Source: a virus (taxonomy: Duplodnaviria > Caudoviricetes). From it: a DNA stretch of 29,579 nucleotides. Location: positions 1 to 29,579 of IMG/VR virus record IMGVR_UViG_3300033124_000357. The stretch is one strand, 5' to 3'. Each line of letters starts with the position of its first letter. Positions within the stretch are counted from its first letter, which is position 1. The notes beneath the pieces were generated by a model, which was given only the letters and a program-made list of their open reading frames with translations, was not told the DNA's origin and searched no databases. A program made the position numbers and the translations under genes. Shown one piece after another: positions 23,863-29,579 of the stretch.

Positions 23863-24842
23863 AATATTTCCTCAATTAATTCAATGTCGCTGGTTAGTTC
23901 TACAAGTTGTCCAGGTAGATATCTAATCTGTGGTAGTTTGGTTACTATAACATTAAATGAAGCCGCTCTAGCACCAACACGAACTATTATATCAGCACCA
24001 ACAATGCTGCCAATATAACCTCTATGAATAGGAATAGCCACACAAGGAGTTGCTGTATTTCCGGTGCCGCTGAATGTCAATGAACCTGCTGTGCAATCTG
24101 TGGTGCTGACAATAATAAAAGTTGTAGAACTAAGAATACTTTCAATATAAGTTATACCACCAAATACACCAGTGCCTGCTGTTTTAGTTAATAATTGTCC
24201 AACACTTAGACCTGTAGTAGTCCCTGTAGTAAGAGTCACACCAGTTCTAGTTGCTGTGGTTAAAATAGTGTTATTTGATAAACCTTCTTGAACATTAAAT
24301 CTAACTCCGGCTGCTGAAATTGTTCCTACTCTGCCAGTAAATGCTGTAGGAATAATAACATCACTGGTAGCAATATATGGATATCTTTGACCTGCTGGAC
24401 GAAGATAGTCGCCTGCTTTAACTAAAAATAATCCAGGAGTAATAGTTGTTGCATTGTTATATGATAAAATAATTCTTGTTCCAGCAGTAGCACTTGTGGC
24501 ATAATAACTGTCAATGTTATTATCACTAGTAGGAGCATCAGCATTACCTTGATAGTTGACCATCCAACTATTACCCAATGTAGCTATACCAGTTGTTCCA
24601 TTTACATTATTCAATTCTATACCGTGTGTTTCATATTTGTCACGATCTAACAATGTTTCAAATGCCGCTCTATACTCACTGGCAGTCCAAACAGGTTTAG
24701 GCGTAATTACAAATCTAAATGGATTAGCCCAGTTACGACTTGCAACACTGATACGCCCACTGCGGCTAACAGTTTGTGCTACTAACTTACTGCGATTAAC
24801 TTCAATGTTTGTCGCGGTGTCTATAATATCTTGTAAAGCCAT
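23859..24842 (-). CDS. distal tail protein (Dit-like) with insertions
   Basis: Directly after tape measure; 'QTVSRSGRI', 'KAGDYL', C-terminal 'IELIEEIL'. Confidence 0.65.
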   Translation of the reverse strand: MALQDIIDTATNIEVNRSKLVAQTVSRSGRISVASRNWANPFRFVITPKPVWTASEYRAAFETLLDRDKYETHGIELNNVNGTTGIATLGNSWMVNYQGNADAPTSDNNIDSYYATSATAGTRIILSYNNATTITPGLFLVKAGDYLRPAGQRYPYIATSDVIIPTAFTGRVGTISAAGVRFNVQEGLSNNTILTTATRTGVTLTTGTTTGLSVGQLLTKTAGTGVFGGITYIESILSSTTFIIVSTTDCTAGSLTFSGTGNTATPCVAIPIHRGYIGSIVGADIIVRVGARAASFNVIVTKLPQIRYLPGQLVELTSDIELIEEIL

Positions 24843-27223
24843 TATCTTCTACTCCTTATTGGCATACTACGACGCCCTTGTTCACTGACATTATGTAAAA
24901 ACTCTGGATCACGAGCTAACAGTGTTTTGAAACTACTGGCATCAACTGCTTGAATACTGTATGTTACTGCTGTTGTATTATTATTAACAACAGGTTGTCC
25001 CATACTTAATTGATGATTAGGAACAATACGACCAGCACTTTGTGGAACAAATAGTTCTGGACCACGCTCGCCTACAATACTTGCTTGTCCTACTGGAGGC
25101 ATACCACCATTAGCAAATCCAAATAGTTTACCTATGCTGCCAAATAATCCGCCACCCATACCGCCGCCAAACAGTCCACTTAGCATTTTCTGTGCTTGCA
25201 CTCTAGCAAAGTCAGCAATCATACTGTTAGCAAGGTCCTTGATTGATAATTTACCAGTTTGAACAAACTTAACAAACGCATCTTCAAAGCCTTTGGTAAA
25301 GTTACTGAATTGTTGTGCGGCATATTCAGCATCTGTTTTAATATTGTTGCGAAACTTTTCTCCAGCATTGGACCAACCATAAGCAAAACTTTCTTGTTCT
25401 GCCTTTGTAGCGGCTGCTGTTTCTTCAATCTTAGCACGACGAGTATCATATAACGCATTAATTTCTTCCATCTTTTGCTTCATACCACCAACACCTTCAA
25501 ATGGTAGGTTTTGTATTTTCTGTATGGCTTCTAACTGTGTTTTGCGTTGTTGTTCTAAGTCAAATAACTTTTTAATATTTTCTTGATCACTACCACGCAA
25601 GTTTTGAATACTCTTTTCAAGTTGTTCGCGTTGTGTTATTAAATCTAAGGCATCTGCCTGTGCTTTAACCTGTTCAAATGCACTTACTCTTGCTTGATCC
25701 TGTGTGCTTTGGAAGCTGGCTATCTCTGCTTGATATTGAGCCATTTGTTCCATATAATCAAGAATGTTTTTAACTTCTTGTTGCTGTCTTGCGTATTCAC
25801 GGGTTTGTTCTCGTGTAATGTTAAAAATATCAAGTTCACTGTTACGAAGTTCTTCTAAGTTGGCAATCTCTTTATTGATTAAGGCCAGTGTTGCACCTTT
25901 GGCACCTTTTTTCTTTTCTTCTAATTGTGCTGTTTGGTCAGCATAGCGTTTGTTAATATCCGCTGTGCCTTTGATAATATCTTGTTCATCTTTGCTTTTG
26001 CCTAACATTTCAACTTCTGTGGTTAAGCGATCCATATTGGCCTGTGCGGCTCTACGATAACCATCAGCAAGATTTTGAACAGCGTTAAGTTGACTTTGTA
26101 ATTCTTTACCTATTGCAACAGCTCTTCCTTTTTGTTTTTCTAATTCATCGCCTGTTTTTGTTACGGCTGCGGCTTTTTCACCCTCAAGATTTAATGCATA
26201 GGCAGTTGCGGCTACACCACCTGCTAATCCAAGACCACCTGCGGCTGCACCGGCAGCACTAACTTTTTCTGCGGCAGTTAGCGGCACCTTTTTCATTACA
26301 GTTTCGCCACCTTTAAGTGTTTCGCGAACTAATCTAAATCCACTTGCTAATGCTTGCACACCTTTAACTGCGGCACCAATTAAAGTAACAAATGTTCTTA
26401 AACCTGTAGCAACAAAAACACCAATAATAATTGCGGCTAATACTTTGAATCCTGTAATTAAACTTGGCATTTGTTCTAATAACTTTGCCATACCTTGTAT
26501 CATTGGGCCAAATGCTTCTAAGAATGCTAAACGAATCTTAAAGATACTTTGTTCCCATTGATCATTAAGAGCGGCTGCTCGTTCAATGTCTGCGGCTTGT
26601 TTTTCAAATGTTCCGCGTAATGCTTCAAGTTGTTGAGAAAACTTTTCAGGACTTACACCTATCATTGATTTGCCAAATATATCTATTGCCAATGCTGTTT
26701 TAGTAGCAGGATCAGTAATACCTTTTAATCCATTTGCGGCTTGGTCAAATAATTCAACTGGTGTTCCAGTTTTAAGCATATCAAAAGAAATGCCTAATTT
26801 ACTCAATGCTAATTGTGTTTTATCACTACCTTGTGCTGCTTCATCTATACTTTTATAAAATTGAGTAATAAGTTTGCTGGCATCATCTGCTTTACCGCCA
26901 CTGGCTATTAAAGCATTTTGTATTTCAATAATTTTAGGAATAGTCATATCCGTAGCATCTGCTAAATCAGCAATAGCATCTGCGGCTGCAATAGCACTAC
27001 GACCAAAACTTACTAATGCCGCACCAACTAATGCTGCCTTAAGTTTAGTCATCCCTGTGAATAACTTATCTGCTTTACTACTTAGATTATCAAATGCACG
27101 ATCTACATCTTTGGCACCTGCCACAGCATCCTTGTTAAACTGTTTGGTAGCATCATCGGCAGCTTTAATACCGCGAATATAACCTTGATTATCTATTTCA
27201 AGCGTAACTTTTAAGTTTGCCAT
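24842..27223 (-). CDS. tail tape measure protein
   Basis: 793 aa, Ala/Lys/Gln-rich helical; lambda-type C-terminal 'FEDAFVKFVQTGKLSIKDLANSMIADF' and 'FANGG...VGERGPELFVP..AG.IVPN'. Confidence 0.93.
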   Translation of the reverse strand: MANLKVTLEIDNQGYIRGIKAADDATKQFNKDAVAGAKDVDRAFDNLSSKADKLFTGMTKLKAALVGAALVSFGRSAIAAADAIADLADATDMTIPKIIEIQNALIASGGKADDASKLITQFYKSIDEAAQGSDKTQLALSKLGISFDMLKTGTPVELFDQAANGLKGITDPATKTALAIDIFGKSMIGVSPEKFSQQLEALRGTFEKQAADIERAAALNDQWEQSIFKIRLAFLEAFGPMIQGMAKLLEQMPSLITGFKVLAAIIIGVFVATGLRTFVTLIGAAVKGVQALASGFRLVRETLKGGETVMKKVPLTAAEKVSAAGAAAGGLGLAGGVAATAYALNLEGEKAAAVTKTGDELEKQKGRAVAIGKELQSQLNAVQNLADGYRRAAQANMDRLTTEVEMLGKSKDEQDIIKGTADINKRYADQTAQLEEKKKGAKGATLALINKEIANLEELRNSELDIFNITREQTREYARQQQEVKNILDYMEQMAQYQAEIASFQSTQDQARVSAFEQVKAQADALDLITQREQLEKSIQNLRGSDQENIKKLFDLEQQRKTQLEAIQKIQNLPFEGVGGMKQKMEEINALYDTRRAKIEETAAATKAEQESFAYGWSNAGEKFRNNIKTDAEYAAQQFSNFTKGFEDAFVKFVQTGKLSIKDLANSMIADFARVQAQKMLSGLFGGGMGGGLFGSIGKLFGFANGGMPPVGQASIVGERGPELFVPQSAGRIVPNHQLSMGQPVVNNNTTAVTYSIQAVDASSFKTLLARDPEFLHNVSEQGRRSMPIRSRR

Positions 27224-27513
27224 TATTTAATTTTTCCTATTAAATCATCTATGCGTTTTTCTAAAAACTTTTCAGTGGGTGCAGTCATACCTTTTGGTGC
27301 TTGACGACTATAACCTTCATCCAAGCGTTCAGCATAAGCATAATTAGCATCAATGGTATTACCACGCAGACTTGTGCTTCGGCGAGCATTACCAGTGCGT
27401 ATTGGTGTGCTGTCAACAAAATAGTCATAAGTTTCTTTAACTAATGTTTTACTCACTGTTTCAGCTTCTTCAAACATCTTACTTACTTCTCTCATATTAA
27501 AGTTTAGTGCCAT
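27223..27513 (-). CDS. HK97 gp10-like tail completion/neck protein
   Basis: 'TPIRTGNARRS', 'YAYAERLDEGYSRQAPKGM' motifs. Confidence 0.75.
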   Translation of the reverse strand: MALNFNMREVSKMFEEAETVSKTLVKETYDYFVDSTPIRTGNARRSTSLRGNTIDANYAYAERLDEGYSRQAPKGMTAPTEKFLEKRIDDLIGKIK

Positions 27514-27763
27514 CTTTTTTATTGACCCTTTCCATTACTGCCATCAAGTCTTCTTGACTGGCTTTAACTGGTGCCTTCTTACCATCTGCCTTGTCCTGCA
27601 TATAAGTTTGGAAACCTAATGCCGCATCCAATACTACTAAATCAAATGTGGAAGCCTTGGACATTACTTCGCTGGGCAATAAACTATAACGCTTCCCTAG
27701 TGCATCTATGCTTAACAGCATTGACATTTCAACACCTTCGGGATCCAAGTCTTCCTGTGTTAC
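27497..27763 (-). CDS. tail assembly chaperone C-terminal (gpT-like) frame, reached by -1 frameshift
   Basis: -1 frame open from the slippery site (KVTQEDLDPEG...); 'LGKRYSLLPSEV' typical of gpT-like segments. Confidence 0.8.
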   Translation of the reverse strand, partial: VTQEDLDPEGVEMSMLLSIDALGKRYSLLPSEVMSKASTFDLVVLDAALGFQTYMQDKADGKKAPVKASQEDLMAVMERVNKKDGTKL

Positions 27764-28056
27764 TTTCCCAATGTTTCTACTACCTTACCTATTACTCTAG
27801 TTAAAATATTACTGGGTAATAGATATCCATCCTTGACAATTGGCGAACCATCTTCATCAAGAATCATTTTATTCACTATCTCAACCATATCACCAAAGTC
27901 TTCACTTTTCATAGTTGCCATCTTTACGAATACATCCATACCGGTGCGGTCGTAGATCCAGAACTCAAGTGGCTCACCATATTCTTTAATAGTGTCTTCA
28001 TCTGTGAGTTCTACTTTTACTAACTCTGGTTTTTTGCTTAGTTGTGTTAATTTCAT
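27760..28056 (-). CDS. tail assembly chaperone (gpG-like)
   Basis: 98 aa between tube and tape measure; 'ILDEDGSP'; ends in slippery site. Confidence 0.8.
   Translation of the reverse strand: MKLTQLSKKPELVKVELTDEDTIKEYGEPLEFWIYDRTGMDVFVKMATMKSEDFGDMVEIVNKMILDEDGSPIVKDGYLLPSNILTRVIGKVVETLGK
27763..27769 (-). other. programmed -1 ribosomal frameshift site G GGA AAG
   Basis: TTG GGA AAG TAA ends the chaperone ORF; heptamer identical to the lambda G/GT site. Confidence 0.85.
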
Positions 28057-28229
28057 TTCATATCCTCATATCGTTGTTTTAAGTAATGAATAGTTGCTAG
28101 TGCAAACTTCATTCTAACTTCTGCTTGTTCCAAATCCTTTTTGGCACATCTAATCTCGCTAAGTGCTTTAGCAACTTCGCCTTCTATACTGCGGAATATC
28201 TCATCTTCAGTTTTATCATCAAATATCAT
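28053..28229 (-). CDS. small helical protein (58 aa, not in ORF track)
   Basis: MIFDDKTEDEIFRSIEGEVAKALSEIRCAKKDLEQAEVRMKFALATIHYLKQRYEDMK; GAGGAG SD; ATGA overlap with chaperone. Confidence 0.75.
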   Translation of the reverse strand: MIFDDKTEDEIFRSIEGEVAKALSEIRCAKKDLEQAEVRMKFALATIHYLKQRYEDMK

Positions 28230-28245
28230 AATAACTCCTCACAGT

Positions 28246-28253
28246 TATTTATA
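28246..28253 (-). promoter_or_regulatory. T4-type late promoter candidate (TATAAATA)
   Basis: Exact consensus just after the tube-gene terminator and 5 nt before the GAGGAG SD. Confidence 0.65.
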
Positions 28254-28265
28254 CATTATTTCAGC

Positions 28266-28292
28266 CAAAGAAAAAGGATCACTAGGATCCTT
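28266..28292 (-). terminator. intrinsic terminator after tail tube gene
   Basis: AAGGATC-CTAGT-GATCCTT followed by TTTCTTT. Confidence 0.6.
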
Positions 28293-28314
28293 AATCTCTT
28301 CCCATCCCTGAGAA

Positions 28315-28782
28315 TTAAGCTACTGTGTAGTTACCTGTTACAGTTAATGTAACTGGAGATACCCATACTGGAGCGTCTGCTGATACAGTTGGAGCCAAGC
28401 CAGTAATGTAAGCAACACCTGTTAAAGTTTTGCCTGCACCGCCTGTGCTTGTATCACCCATATAAAGAGTGAAATCAACTGCTCTCTTGTTTTGACTTAG
28501 ACCAAAAATACCTTCTTTGATAGCCACATCTGTGCCTGTGCCTGTGCCAAAGAATTTAACTTGATCAAGAACTAAGTTCAAGTCTAAACTATTTGTTGCT
28601 GTTGTAGGAATCTGTAGTTTAGACTCTTCGTCTAACTGTGTCCAAGTGAATACATCCGTTGCGGCGTTTACAGTAATATCTTGTATTGCTGGAACCAACA
28701 AACCGGAAGTGTCACCAGTAACACGAATAGCCAATGTCATTTCTACATTTTCTACGCCTGGTGCTGGAAATATGAAAGCCAT
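28315..28782 (-). CDS. major tail tube protein
   Basis: 155 aa; 'GVAYITGLAPTVSADAPVWVSPVTLTVTG' lambda gpV/TP901-like C-terminus; position before chaperone. Confidence 0.85.
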   Translation of the reverse strand: MAFIFPAPGVENVEMTLAIRVTGDTSGLLVPAIQDITVNAATDVFTWTQLDEESKLQIPTTATNSLDLNLVLDQVKFFGTGTGTDVAIKEGIFGLSQNKRAVDFTLYMGDTSTGGAGKTLTGVAYITGLAPTVSADAPVWVSPVTLTVTGNYTVA

Positions 28783-28796
28783 ATTATTTTTTTCCT

Positions 28797-29189
28797 TTAT
28801 GCTAAATTAGCGAATCTATATTCGCCTTCATAGACAACTCTGTCGTTGTCTATGCTGACTGTATAGTCAAACAAGCGTGTATAAACGCCTGTGATGGTAG
28901 TGATATCCTTAGCACTACCTAAAATTGTCAATGCTGAATCTAAGTCTTGATTGCGATTTTTGGCATCAACTGTTAAGAACCATCTTACAATAGTTACTCG
29001 TTGATTGATTTGCAAACTGCCTAGTGTAGGCAACAGCGTGTCTTCTTCCGTATAAGGTTCATCAAGATATACTCTACGAGCATTCTTCATATACAGTGGA
29101 TTAGTTCCTTCTTGAAAAGGCAGTTCCTGACTGGTCTTGATAGATTCAGTCAGTTGTGCCGTCAAATAAGTTAATAATTCTGTTCTCAT
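28797..29189 (-). CDS. putative tail terminator protein
   Basis: 130 aa directly before tube; 'MRTELLTYLTAQL' N-terminal helix and terminal beta strand. Mainly a positional call. Confidence 0.55.
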   Translation of the reverse strand: MRTELLTYLTAQLTESIKTSQELPFQEGTNPLYMKNARRVYLDEPYTEEDTLLPTLGSLQINQRVTIVRWFLTVDAKNRNQDLDSALTILGSAKDITTITGVYTRLFDYTVSIDNDRVVYEGEYRFANLA

Positions 29190-29579
29190 CTTACACGAAC
29201 TCTATTTACAAAAGTAGCCATCTTGTCACTAGTATCAATGGTGCCATTTTCGCTGAAGTCATACCAGTCTCCGGCTTCAATTACTTCGTCAAATAATACA
29301 TTATAGCTGTCCTTGTAGAACTTAATTTTTGCAAATTCAGCACTGTCAGGATTGCCAAAGTCAGCAACTGTAGGATACACATATTCCATTAATGCGAAAT
29401 ACACATTAAGGTCTTTGAACTCCTGCGTTCTGGCTAATATATAATCTGGATTAACAGCGGGTAGTAGGTTTGGATTTGTGATCTGTGCCATTCTACGCTG
29501 ATACTCTCTCCACCACTCGGTATTTCGGATTTGTGTCAAAATACGCTGACTGGCTTGTTCTAAGTAATCGTTGATTTCG
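29186..29579 (-). CDS. 3' part of head-tail connector/adaptor protein (starts at 113 across the junction)
   Basis: Frame open to the window edge and in phase with 113..1; 'WYDFSENGTID' D-x-D-G-like C-terminal motif seen in adaptors. Confidence 0.75.
   Translation of the reverse strand, partial: EINDYLEQASQRILTQIRNTEWWREYQRRMAQITNPNLLPAVNPDYILARTQEFKDLNVYFALMEYVYPTVADFGNPDSAEFAKIKFYKDSYNVLFDEVIEAGDWYDFSENGTIDTSDKMATFVNRVRVR

Noticed and set aside
13211-25458. Alternative-frame minus-strand ORFs 13211..13411, 13916..14131, 20247..20462, 25219..25458
   Set aside because: Fully nested in long structural genes, with no evident translation signals or motifs.
1758-28253. TATAAATA motifs as archaeal or eukaryotic TATA boxes
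   Set aside because: The genome has sigma70-type -35/-10 promoters with 17-bp spacing and hairpin-plus-U terminators, and some motifs lie only 2-19 nt from the ATG, too close for a TATA box at about -26.
567-28352. All plus-strand ORFs in the track (e.g. 567..848, 8796..9068, 9694..9900, 12790..13044, 20957..21274, 26874..27182)
   Set aside because: They are antisense shadows of minus-strand genes or elements, with no evident SD or family motifs.
28587-28594. Fourth AAATAGTT hairpin apex
   Set aside because: Inside the tail tube CDS with no extended flanking stem; probably chance.
1-29579. Integrated prophage or classical PICI/P4-type satellite
   Set aside because: No host genes, integrase, att-like flanks, AlpA or primase-helicase; the element encodes both head and tail and closes into a circle.

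Overview
The window looks like one complete, circular ~29.6-kb genome of an AT-rich, lambda-like tailed phage (Caudoviricetes, siphovirus-type tail). A head-tail connector gene starts at 113, runs off the left edge and continues in frame from 29579. All credible genes are on the minus strand. Read in that direction, the genome has: (1) an early region with sigma70-type promoters, a 6-unit non-coding repeat array and small unknown ORFs; (2) a candidate small structured RNA; (3) a minimal, divergent family-A (PolA/T7-RNAP superfamily) polymerase-like gene followed by small nuclease- and peptidase-like ORFs; (4) terS-terL-portal-scaffold-capsid, with a HiPIP-like Cys4 domain fused to the portal; (5) neck genes, tail tube, a chaperone with a lambda-type GGGAAAG -1 frameshift, tape measure, distal tail, GNAT, gpJ-like tip and a long fibre. 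The most striking signal is a recurring T4-type late-promoter motif (TATAAATA / nnTAAATA, no -35 box) in front of many transcription units. The genome has no recognisable gp55-like sigma factor, clamp, helicase, primase, integrase, repressor or endolysin. My working hypothesis (inference) is a full-virion-encoding satellite or hyperparasite that depends on a large T4-like helper phage for late transcription and probably for replication and lysis. All product calls come from motif recognition by eye; no database searches were run.
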